A DNA stretch of 64,000 nucleotides. Source: Gammaproteobacteria bacterium (GTDB lineage Bacteria; Pseudomonadota; Gammaproteobacteria; SZUA-152). Below the pieces are notes generated by a model. That model was not told the DNA's origin. It saw nothing but the letters and a program-made list of their open reading frames with translations, and made no database searches. Of this stretch, positions 55,373-64,000 are shown in pieces. The stretch lies in the NCBI GenBank assembly GCA_013152545.1, contig JAADGF010000099.1, positions 9,906 through 73,905 of the forward strand, given 5' to 3'. Numbering within the stretch: the first letter of the stretch is position 1; every line of letters starts with the position of its first letter. The position numbers were made by a program, and so were the translations under genes.

Positions 55373-55951
55373 ATGATTAAACTCGTGTTAGCTTCAACAT
55401 CACCCTTCCGGCAAACCCTTCTGCGCAAGCTGGAACTCCCCTTCGAGACGCAAGCTCCAAACATTGACGAGACACCATTGTCGGACGAAAGCCCAAATGA
55501 ACTCGTCGCTCGTCTCTCAAAAGCAAAAGCCAATATCGTTTCGAAGCAATACAATGATGCCCTTATCATCGGTTCCGATCAAGTCGCTATACTCGCAGGC
55601 CAAATAATCGGAAAACCGCTCAACCATGACAATGCAGTTTCTCAACTGCAACAGACCTCTGGTAAACGCGTGGATTTTGTAACCGGCCTTTGCCTGCTCA
55701 ATAGCCGTACAGGTCAAACTCAAATCACCTGTGTACCTTTTTCAGTCTATTTTCGTAATTTATCGAAAACACAAATAGAACGCTACCTTAAAAAAGACAA
55801 GCCCTATAATTGTGCCGGTAGTTTTAAATCAGAAGGTTTCGGTATCAGTTTATTTGAAAAATTATCGGGCGACGACCCCAATGCGCTTATCGGACTTCCA
55901 CTTATCGAACTAATACGAATGTTACACCATGAAGGCGTTGACGTTCCTTAG
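55373..55951 (+). CDS. maf: Maf family nucleotide pyrophosphatase (YceF type)
   Basis: LVLASTSPFR, IDETP, IGSDQV, GKP, CAGSFKSEG and DPNALIGLP. Confidence 0.93.
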   Translation: MIKLVLASTSPFRQTLLRKLELPFETQAPNIDETPLSDESPNELVARLSKAKANIVSKQYNDALIIGSDQVAILAGQIIGKPLNHDNAVSQLQQTSGKRVDFVTGLCLLNSRTGQTQITCVPFSVYFRNLSKTQIERYLKKDKPYNCAGSFKSEGFGISLFEKLSGDDPNALIGLPLIELIRMLHHEGVDVP

Positions 55952-55997
55952 GTGCAGGGGCTACTGACAGGCAAATACAAAATAATGCATATTGATA

Positions 55998-56852
55998 TTA
56001 ACCAGGCTCAATAGTCTGTAATGAATCTAAACCATTAATACACCTTGGTTTAGCTTGCTTAAATAACGTAAAAAAATTCTGAGTCGTTTGTCGCACAACG
56101 TCCTCAGTTTCAACACCACGCAATTCAGCAATACAGTCAGCCACATACCGTACATAAGCAGGCTGATTCTGTTTACCACGGTGAGGGACAGGCGCCAAAT
56201 AAGGTGAATCAGTTTCAACCAATATTCGGTCATGAGGCATACGCTTAACGACTTCTTTGAGTGCTTGAGCTGATTTAAAGGTCACGATACCCGAAAAAGA
56301 AATATAAAAATTTAAATCCATAGCCCGTTTGGCAATCTCCCAATTTTCGACAAAACAATGCATCACTCCACCGACCTCGTCAGCACCTTGTTCTTCTAAC
56401 AGCGTTAAGCAATCCTCTGTGGACTCCCGGTTATGGATAATAAGCGGTTTACCACATTGCTTTGCCGCACTAATATGTTGCCGAAATCGTTCCCGCTGCC
56501 AGTCTAAATCACCCTCGTTGCGAAAATAATCTAATCCGGTTTCGCCGATGGCGACAATATTTGGGTCTTGTGCAAGCTTCACCAACTCATCGGCATCAGG
56601 CTCATACCCACCCTGAACATTCGGATGGACGCCAACGGATGCAGATACAAAGTCATATTGTTGCGCAATAGTCAGTACCTTGGGGAAATTCTCCATATCA
56701 ATCGACACACATAACATGTGCCCGACCCCCTGCTGCTGTGCGACGGCAAGAGCACCCTGTAACCCATCCTCCCAAGCATCCGGAGTAAGGCAGTCAAGAT
56801 GGCAATGTGAATCTACCAGGTAAAGACCAAGAGGTTCAAGTATCCTATTCAC
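55998..56852 (-). CDS. tatD: TatD family hydrolase (YcfH type)
   Basis: DSHCHLD, GVHP, IGETGLDY, IIHNRE, MHCF and ETDSPYLAP; GGAGAG RBS before GTG. Confidence 0.95.
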   Translation of the reverse strand: MNRILEPLGLYLVDSHCHLDCLTPDAWEDGLQGALAVAQQQGVGHMLCVSIDMENFPKVLTIAQQYDFVSASVGVHPNVQGGYEPDADELVKLAQDPNIVAIGETGLDYFRNEGDLDWQRERFRQHISAAKQCGKPLIIHNRESTEDCLTLLEEQGADEVGGVMHCFVENWEIAKRAMDLNFYISFSGIVTFKSAQALKEVVKRMPHDRILVETDSPYLAPVPHRGKQNQPAYVRYVADCIAELRGVETEDVVRQTTQNFFTLFKQAKPRCINGLDSLQTIEPG

Positions 56853-56873
56853 GTTTCGTTCTCTCCACTTTCC

Positions 56874-57227
56874 CTAATAATGTTGAATTGTTTTAAATAG
56901 CTTCCTACACACAGAATCAAGCTCTTTTTGCCACAACTCATTGTCGTGATATACCAGTGGCCCTTCAAATTGATCAATATAGTGCAACAAAATATCAACG
57001 CCTGTTTGTGTTTCAGAGAAAGTATCATTTTCGTAACCGTATACTTCACCAATAATGTAACTACCTAAGGCATAACATGCATTTTTCTGACGGTTAAATG
57101 TCTTCTTTGATACACCACTATCGGCTAAGTCCGATAAATATAATTCAAATACAGGTGTGATCTTTTTTGAAAGATGTATACCATCTTTGCTTATTTGCCA
57201 ATTCTTACCCCAGTCGTGTGTGTACAT
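56874..57227 (-). CDS. Hypothetical protein (helical; weak resemblance to integrase SAM-like N-terminal domains)
   Basis: 117-aa ORF; FELYL...GVSKKT and EGPL...ELDSVCRKL; co-oriented with the helicase operon. Confidence 0.65.
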   Translation of the reverse strand: MYTHDWGKNWQISKDGIHLSKKITPVFELYLSDLADSGVSKKTFNRQKNACYALGSYIIGEVYGYENDTFSETQTGVDILLHYIDQFEGPLVYHDNELWQKELDSVCRKLFKTIQHY

Positions 57228-57391
57228 ACTTTAATACTCTGAGCAATAATCCTAACTTAATCAGTTGAATCGTAGCGAGAGCGCTGAAGGTAACAGACTT
57301 TTAGACGCTGTGCTATGGCGTTCGCAGTAGACTCAACTGAATCCTTGAACCATTTCGCTACGAATACTTGAGTCATTCAGGCTAGCAATTC

Positions 57392-58468
57392 TCATCGGTT
57401 ACGCTTTAACTTTTTTACGGCCTGCTCTGGTGTAAGTTCTGCCGCTTGGATAAGCGCATCCAGGGAGTGTTGGCGCAGATTGAGCTTACCACTATTGTTT
57501 TCCCAGCTATTCACCGTGGGCGGACTCACACCAAGCAAGCTTGAAAACTGAGGTACGGTCATCCCAAATCGCTTCCGTAACCTGGCAACGGCCGTTGCTG
57601 TGGCCATAAATGCTTTTTTGGTTTTCTTTGCTACGGTTTTCTTTTTAATTGCTTTCTTAACCACCTTTTTAACTTTCTTGTTAATTGCTGTTTTTTTAAT
57701 TATATTTGCAGCTGTATTTTTACCAGTGACACTTTTTTTACGACGGGGTTTAACGGACTCTTCCATGTCCACGCCGAACACGTCAGAAAGATCGGAGGCG
57801 GCCAACCGACGCCGTCTGCCTTTTCCGGATACAGCTGACTGTATATCCAGTTCTGTGGTAATCAACGCTTCATGATCAACATTGCGCAGCAGAAAAAGCA
57901 GTTCGGGCTGGTCATCCAATCTGGCACCGACGCCATACAGGACAGCGGCAAGATGTTTGCACATTCCGGCCCAGTCCGGGCAATCACAGGCGAGCTTTAT
58001 CTCTTTGGGCGTGGGAAACAGGCCGCTATGTTGATCCGTCACTATCGTCATGACGTTATCAGAAAAACGTCCCTGCAATAACTCCAGCATGGAACCGATC
58101 TGGCCGGCACACTGTTTACGTACGTTTTTCCATTTGTTTGCTGAGAGAGGGCTGATCGTAATATTGATATTGTAGAGTTCGGAGCCACTGACGATGGCTG
58201 CTATTTTGCCCGTCGAGATTGCAAGATGACACACAGAGCCGTTACGTACATAGGTTCGACCCCTTGGCAAACGGTTGGCATAATCACTGAATTTTTCCAG
58301 ATGATCACACCAGGCTTTACCCCAGAAGGTTTTGACGATCTTAAGCCCCTGAATCTCAATCGGTTCAGTTTTCATTCCCTGTTTGCTGAGTTTCTTCATC
58401 TCTTTGGCTGCCTTAGCACGCCGTTGTGCTACCGGCACATAAGGCGCCCATTCACCATAATAAGCCAT
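57392..58468 (-). CDS. SWIM zinc-finger protein with C-terminal XRE-type HTH
   Basis: WGKAW, NRLPRGRTY, SWIM CDCPDWAGMCKH, PELLFLLR; Lys-rich linker; LRKRFGMTVPQFSSLLGVSPPTVNSWE. Confidence 0.88.
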   Translation of the reverse strand: MAYYGEWAPYVPVAQRRAKAAKEMKKLSKQGMKTEPIEIQGLKIVKTFWGKAWCDHLEKFSDYANRLPRGRTYVRNGSVCHLAISTGKIAAIVSGSELYNINITISPLSANKWKNVRKQCAGQIGSMLELLQGRFSDNVMTIVTDQHSGLFPTPKEIKLACDCPDWAGMCKHLAAVLYGVGARLDDQPELLFLLRNVDHEALITTELDIQSAVSGKGRRRRLAASDLSDVFGVDMEESVKPRRKKSVTGKNTAANIIKKTAINKKVKKVVKKAIKKKTVAKKTKKAFMATATAVARLRKRFGMTVPQFSSLLGVSPPTVNSWENNSGKLNLRQHSLDALIQAAELTPEQAVKKLKRNR

Positions 58469-58479
58469 ATTATCTCCCT

Positions 58480-61167
58480 TTATCCAACGTGAGTTTTCTC
58501 AATATCCAATGAAACCAGATTAAGTAATGCCTCGTTATCCATCTCTGTCAGCAGTGTCTCGGCACCACCAGTCAATACGTCGTTGGCGAGATCCGTTTTC
58601 TCATTGATCAAGGCGTCTATCTTCTCTTCCACCGTTCCCCGGCAAACGAATTTATGCACCAGCACGTTTCTTTTTTGGCCAATTCGAAACGCGCGGTCCG
58701 TGGCCTGATTTTCCACCGCCGGGTTCCACCAACGATCAAAATGGATCACGTGTGATGCCTGAGTCAAGTTAAGCCCGGTTCCCCCTGCCTTGAGGGACAA
58801 AATAAAGAAGGGCGGCCCCTCTTCATCCTGAAAACGCTCAACCCGTTTTTGTCGCTGTTTAATCGGGGTGCCACCATGTAATACCAAGCCCGGCTGGCCA
58901 AACTGCTGCGCCAAAAAAGCAGCCAACGGCGCAGTCATTTCACGGAATTGGGTAAATACCAATAATTTTTCCTGACGTGAAGCAATCTCTTCACAAAGCT
59001 CCGCCAGACGCTGAAATTTACCACTGTGCTGCGGTTTATATTCATCATCCCCCAGCAATTGCGAAGGGTGATTGCAGATCTGTTTAAAACGCAGCAGGTA
59101 AGAGAGTACCAGCCCCCGCCGCTTCATGCCATCCTGATTTTCAATGGATTTTGCCAGCTCTGCCACTGCCTGCTGGTATTGCGCCGCCTGGACTTTGCTC
59201 AGACCACAGTATGCGGACACCTCGGTCTTTTCCGGCAAGTCGTTAATGATTGAAGCATCGGTTTTAAGACGTCGCAGAATATAGGGGCCGACCAGATTAC
59301 GCAGCGGTGCATATTGATCACTCTCGCGCTCAGCGAGTGATTTCACAAACCCTTTGAAGCGCTTGGCGGACCCCAGCAGACCGGGGTTTAGGAAATCAAA
59401 CAGGGACCAGAGATCCGACAATCGGTTCTCCACCGGCGTTCCGGTCAGTGCAATACGAGCATCGGCATTAAGCAATTTTACCACTTTGCTCTGCCCGGCA
59501 ACCGGGTTTTTGATTGCCTGAGCCTCATCCAGCACCAACAGTTGCCACTTTTTCTGCTGAAGCCAGTCTTGTCGCATCAGGGTACCATAGGTGGTCAACA
59601 CCACATCAATGTTCTTCAAGGCATCACTGACATTCGCCATGGCGTCCATGGTTTTTTTGCTCTGCTGAGAGCTGTGCAAAAACAGGCAACGCAGGGAGGG
59701 CGCAAAACGCTCAAGCTCCGTTTTCCAGTTAGCGAGCAAAGAGGCAGGAAGCACCAGCAGAGAAGGTTTGTTACTACGCTTGTTTTTTAATCCTAGCAGT
59801 AGTGCAATAATCTGCATGGTTTTCCCCAACCCCATGTCATCCGCCAGACAAGCGCCTAGGCCTAACTGGGACAGCATGTATAACCAATTCACCCCCGCCT
59901 GTTGGTAGGGCCGGAGGTCTGCTTTAAGCGCCGTACCGGGATCAATAGCCTGTGCTTGAGCCGGTGCGCGTAACGCTTCTAACTGTGCCGCCAGCCATTG
60001 ACCTGGCTGAACAAAAGACCACGCCTTGCTCTCTTCCGGAATGTCGTTACCCAAATCAACCGGTGCGCCAGCCAGCAACCGCATCCCTTCGGAAAAAGTG
60101 AGCCCGCCATTTGCCGTCTCCGATTCCACCTTTTTCCAATGGGCCAGGGCTTCATTCAGCTTCTCCTGGTCCACCTCAACCCATTGCCCTTTAATAAAAG
60201 CGAGCCCCTCATTCGCCACCATGAGTTGCTTTAATTCGGCCTTACTGAGTGGCGTCTCACCGAGGGCAATATGCAATTTGAAATCCAGCAATGAATCGGC
60301 ATTGAAGTTCTTTTGATGGCGCTCGCCAATGGTAATGCCGATACGCGGCCTGCTGCGTTTTTTCCACCAGTCCGGCAGCCGCACGACCACGCCGCAGTGT
60401 TCGTACAGCGGGGTGTCCTTAAGAAACGCATAGGCCTCCCCTGGTGTCCAGACCAGGGGGTGATAGAGATCACCGGTATCAACCAGGTCTTTGATCACGG
60501 CGCTGGATTCAGCAGCGAGTTGTACCGGTGAAAGCAGGCGGATCAGGGCCTTTTTGTTTTTTGCACCCGCATATTCCTGTAAGGCGCGGCTAAGGGGTTG
60601 ATGACGGCTACGGCTCTGTACTGAAAGTTCGGGAGCATAGGTCGCCATAAAAGCAAACGGGTACTCGGAATCATTTTTATTTTCCGCCAGATGAAAACAA
60701 ACACGACCCACTTGATGCCATTGCGGTGCTCGCTTGGTTAACAGTGCATCAAGCCCGCCAACAAGCCGTATTTGCTCACAAACCCAGTCATCCAGTAAGG
60801 CGCGGATATCCCGCAGCACTGGCGCGGTGAGATACTCAGCGCCACGCATGGGTGGCGCACTCACCAGTAGCTGTGTGGTTTGTGTCGGGGTAAGTGGCTC
60901 GACGGGATCAGGCTGTTGCGGATCTGCCGGTGCCAACTGACAACGTTCACTCAGATACTGGCAGCTAAGGTCGCGCCAATATCGCAACGACGCGGTGAGA
61001 TCCGTGCTGTCTTTCCGGGCCGCCAGGGTAAACAAACCTTCACCGGTACTGCGCGCAAATGCCCTACTGACCATGACCATGTGAGTCTCTTTGTCGTTAC
61101 TGCCATCCGCTAATGGCAAGCAATGCAAATGCCCTGAGGGCAGCAGGCCGAGGTCAAAAGCTCTCAT
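58480..61167 (-). CDS. SNF2-family (SF2) helicase/ATPase
   Basis: LRPYQ, LADDMGLGKT, DEAQ, LTGTPVEN, ILRRLK, SLKAGGTGLNL and QATDRAFRIGQ; start placed at MRAFD (61167), overlapping the upstream stop. Confidence 0.95.
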   Translation of the reverse strand: MRAFDLGLLPSGHLHCLPLADGSNDKETHMVMVSRAFARSTGEGLFTLAARKDSTDLTASLRYWRDLSCQYLSERCQLAPADPQQPDPVEPLTPTQTTQLLVSAPPMRGAEYLTAPVLRDIRALLDDWVCEQIRLVGGLDALLTKRAPQWHQVGRVCFHLAENKNDSEYPFAFMATYAPELSVQSRSRHQPLSRALQEYAGAKNKKALIRLLSPVQLAAESSAVIKDLVDTGDLYHPLVWTPGEAYAFLKDTPLYEHCGVVVRLPDWWKKRSRPRIGITIGERHQKNFNADSLLDFKLHIALGETPLSKAELKQLMVANEGLAFIKGQWVEVDQEKLNEALAHWKKVESETANGGLTFSEGMRLLAGAPVDLGNDIPEESKAWSFVQPGQWLAAQLEALRAPAQAQAIDPGTALKADLRPYQQAGVNWLYMLSQLGLGACLADDMGLGKTMQIIALLLGLKNKRSNKPSLLVLPASLLANWKTELERFAPSLRCLFLHSSQQSKKTMDAMANVSDALKNIDVVLTTYGTLMRQDWLQQKKWQLLVLDEAQAIKNPVAGQSKVVKLLNADARIALTGTPVENRLSDLWSLFDFLNPGLLGSAKRFKGFVKSLAERESDQYAPLRNLVGPYILRRLKTDASIINDLPEKTEVSAYCGLSKVQAAQYQQAVAELAKSIENQDGMKRRGLVLSYLLRFKQICNHPSQLLGDDEYKPQHSGKFQRLAELCEEIASRQEKLLVFTQFREMTAPLAAFLAQQFGQPGLVLHGGTPIKQRQKRVERFQDEEGPPFFILSLKAGGTGLNLTQASHVIHFDRWWNPAVENQATDRAFRIGQKRNVLVHKFVCRGTVEEKIDALINEKTDLANDVLTGGAETLLTEMDNEALLNLVSLDIEKTHVG

Positions 61168-63997
61168 CCCAATGTCCCTTTTCGTTGTAAGCTTTGATCT
61201 GATCTGCAAATCGCGCTATCGCCTGTTGAGACCTCGCATTAAAATCATAACCGTGCCAGTAAGGGTTTTGCACCACATCCAAATGCACGTGTGCGATCAT
61301 ATCGAACGAAAGCAACTCATAAATATTGCGCCACTCCCCTTCCAGCCGCAAGCTCAATCCCGGATTGATAATGTAGTGACCATGCTTTACTCGCAGAAAC
61401 AGTTTACGGTTATACTTGTCATCGCGACTAACCTCATTCTTTGATAATATACTGGAGATATAAGCACGCTTTTTCCGTCTCGCCGGCAACAGGTGTTCAG
61501 GAAAATGCGCTAACACTTCTGCAAAATCGCTGCTTTGAAAAGCCCCCCGTGTACGGGCAATTTTGCTCCCAAGCCGGGTATAGAACATCGCTATCATCAG
61601 GTTAAGCATCAGGAATTCCATTAAGCGTTTATCGATCTTAATCAATCGCTCATCCACCTGAATATCAACACAATCAGGTTCCAGCAGACGATAAACGGCG
61701 GGCAACTTTCTGTCACTGTATTTCGGGTCATCCAGCGCCTGTTCCAACGCAATCAGGAAGGCGCTAAACCCGGCATTATTAATCAATTCGGTATTGGCTC
61801 CTCGCGCTATTAACTCCCTGACCAATGTTTCATTACCCAGGCGGCTAGCGATCATTAACGGTGTCTGGTTGAAAAGATTGCGAAAATCGACACCGTACTG
61901 ATCTGTTTGCCGCAGCACGGCACCAGGGTGTTTCAACTCATAGGCCATATAGTATTTTTTGTTCAACAGCCGCAGCCCTTTATTAGGGGTTCTGGCGGGG
62001 GCAAATTCGGATTTAATCAGTGCATTCAAACGGGGTTGATCCCGATAGGCCAGTGCATATTCGAACAGGGTAATTTTTGCTTTTTTGTTATTCTCCTCAA
62101 TCGCCTTGTGCTGGAGCTGCTCCAGAGTCTCACCCCGTAATACCTCCCAGGGCACGGGTTTTTGCTTCAAAATCTGATCACGGATGTGCTCTGCCTGTTC
62201 CTGTTTACCCTGCATTTCCAGTCGTTGCGCTTCGACACGCCACTCTTCCAGGCTGGAGTCCTGTTTGTCCAGTTGCAGCCCCTCTTTAGAGGGCCGCAGG
62301 TCGAGCAGATCAAACAACCGCTGTTTGGTTGAGCGTTCGATAAGATAGATATTGCGCACTGCACGGGTAATCGCCACATAAAGGGCATTGATATGGAATT
62401 TATAGATCTCCAGGGACTTGTCGCTCTTATTTTTTACCCTGGCGTAATTCAGCCCTCGCTGTAGGTCCTCATGCTCCACGCCACGGGTAATTTCCCGAAA
62501 ACGTTGCTCTTCTTGCGAGATGAAATTGTAGAGCACAATATTTTCATACTCCAACCCCTTGGCCTCCTGCACCGAGAAAACCAGCGGCGTGCCGAAACAA
62601 GCCCTGGCTGCTGTCTTGTCTTCCGGGTGCATAACAATAACGGCAAAACGGGTTGAGTGGCGGGTCTTACTGTCGAGTTCACGCTTGACCCCCTCCTCGT
62701 CCGGTAGCAATACCACCTCCCCGGTATTGTGAGCATTACTCTCCACCAGATAGTTGCTCTCCTTATCAATCGAGCCGAAACGGGCGCTCTTGATCTTCAA
62801 CACCCGGTTGGATACCTCGGTCACCTGAGGGGAGTTGCGGTAGTTAGTATTGAGAATACGGATCAGATCAGTTTGCGGCGCTGCGTCCTCCCGTCGGTAG
62901 AAAAAGCTCTTGATTTTTGACCAGGAGAAAAAATTAGGATGCACAATCTGGTTCGAATCACCACAGAGAATAAAACCGGTGGGATCACGCAGTGACCTCA
63001 AAATAAGCTGCATCTGGATATTCGTCAAGTCCTGCACCTCATCCACAACAATGAAGTCATATCGTGGCTCAATTTTAGCGAGATATTCATGACTCAATAT
63101 ATTAGCATCGTAATAGCCTTGCTCATTCATGGTCTCCAGGTATTTGACAAACAGATCATAGGCCCGCTGCCGTTCCTCATGGGAGAAAATAGATTGTTTT
63201 ATTCCCAGGTTAAGGTAATCCTGCCGTGCGAGATAAGCGCAATCAATTGCCGGGCCCGTAATCACGCCTTTAAACTCTTCAAACAGCTGATGCGCATCCT
63301 TAAGGCCGCTTGCGGTACGGTGGCGGGTAAACCAGGCGGAGAATTCCTTGAAGTGCATCTCCCGCCCGGCAGGTACCTGAATACTTTCCAAAAACTCCTG
63401 AAAGGAGAGAAAGTCAATCTGTTGATCTTCGTTACTATAATCAGCGGCGAAATAAAGCCCCCTTGAATTATGCACCAGGTAGGGGGAACGGGTAACATAC
63501 AGTATATCGCCCATGGCCTCTTTCATTTTTTCCAGCGTCAATGCTGTTTTACCGCTACCGGCTGAGCCGATAATAATCAAAGGTGGCTGGTAGCGGTAAA
63601 CATCACGTTGCACTTCGTCAAAAGAGATAACCTTATCCAGCAGATTGAAGCTGGAATGTTGACGATTGAGGTAAATCAAAGGCTCTGGCTTCACTTCATC
63701 CAGAGATGTCAGAGTGGGCATCTTGGTCTCATCCACCGTAGCACCACGATTGAGAAAACGGGATTTTTCGTAGGCATGCTGCTCTATGCACTCCAGCACC
63801 AGGGCATAGACCTCCCCCTGGTAGCGCCGAATCGTAAACAACAAACGATTGCTGCGATCCAAGCGCGCACGATAAAGGTTATCCCCCACTTTCTTGACCT
63901 CGGCCGAACGGAAATCGTCAGCCTCCAGGTAAGATCTCATTTTCTTGATTCCGGGTATTTTGGCCGGATCAATTTCATTATAAAACAAAACTTTCAT
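61154..63997 (-). CDS. UvrD-like SF1 helicase with RelE-like N-terminus, ankyrin repeat and C-terminal winged-helix-like region
   Basis: GSAGSGKT, VVDEVQD, CGDSNQ, NYRNS, AKGLEY, LYVAITRA; ankyrin QTPLMIASRLGNETLVRELIARGAN. Confidence 0.88.
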   Translation of the reverse strand: MKVLFYNEIDPAKIPGIKKMRSYLEADDFRSAEVKKVGDNLYRARLDRSNRLLFTIRRYQGEVYALVLECIEQHAYEKSRFLNRGATVDETKMPTLTSLDEVKPEPLIYLNRQHSSFNLLDKVISFDEVQRDVYRYQPPLIIIGSAGSGKTALTLEKMKEAMGDILYVTRSPYLVHNSRGLYFAADYSNEDQQIDFLSFQEFLESIQVPAGREMHFKEFSAWFTRHRTASGLKDAHQLFEEFKGVITGPAIDCAYLARQDYLNLGIKQSIFSHEERQRAYDLFVKYLETMNEQGYYDANILSHEYLAKIEPRYDFIVVDEVQDLTNIQMQLILRSLRDPTGFILCGDSNQIVHPNFFSWSKIKSFFYRREDAAPQTDLIRILNTNYRNSPQVTEVSNRVLKIKSARFGSIDKESNYLVESNAHNTGEVVLLPDEEGVKRELDSKTRHSTRFAVIVMHPEDKTAARACFGTPLVFSVQEAKGLEYENIVLYNFISQEEQRFREITRGVEHEDLQRGLNYARVKNKSDKSLEIYKFHINALYVAITRAVRNIYLIERSTKQRLFDLLDLRPSKEGLQLDKQDSSLEEWRVEAQRLEMQGKQEQAEHIRDQILKQKPVPWEVLRGETLEQLQHKAIEENNKKAKITLFEYALAYRDQPRLNALIKSEFAPARTPNKGLRLLNKKYYMAYELKHPGAVLRQTDQYGVDFRNLFNQTPLMIASRLGNETLVRELIARGANTELINNAGFSAFLIALEQALDDPKYSDRKLPAVYRLLEPDCVDIQVDERLIKIDKRLMEFLMLNLMIAMFYTRLGSKIARTRGAFQSSDFAEVLAHFPEHLLPARRKKRAYISSILSKNEVSRDDKYNRKLFLRVKHGHYIINPGLSLRLEGEWRNIYELLSFDMIAHVHLDVVQNPYWHGYDFNARSQQAIARFADQIKAYNEKGHWDESF

Positions 63998-64000
63998 ACG

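Overview
Chromosomal window from an AT-rich bacterium whose gene content (recJ, moaB, cobTCS, mazG, maf/yceF, tatD, catalase, HDOD and Sel1 proteins) looks like a marine Gammaproteobacterium (inference). Housekeeping and signalling genes fill about 8.6-56.9 kb, and two visibly more GC-rich accessory blocks lie at the ends. The left block (1-7.7 kb, all minus strand) is partly decayed: a frameshifted cfa, a shattered glutamate dehydrogenase pseudogene and a membrane-protein remnant sit beside an intact monoheme cytochrome c, a Cyc2-like cytochrome-porin, an APC permease and 2-oxoacid:ferredoxin oxidoreductase gamma/alpha genes. The right block (56.9-64 kb, minus strand) is a tightly coupled operon: a RelE-like/SF1 helicase/ankyrin/winged-helix protein, a SNF2 helicase, a SWIM-HTH fusion and a small hypothetical. 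This operon is my best candidate for an undescribed (defence-like) system. Other notable items are a signal-peptide-less orphan DctP, an orphan NrtA/CmpA-type binding protein co-transcribed with a hybrid kinase, an ERIC-like MITE family and a 22-24 bp palindrome family that supplies stop codons. I saw no rRNA, tRNA, CRISPR array, integrase or intact transposase. All family calls come from motif recognition by eye; no searches were run.
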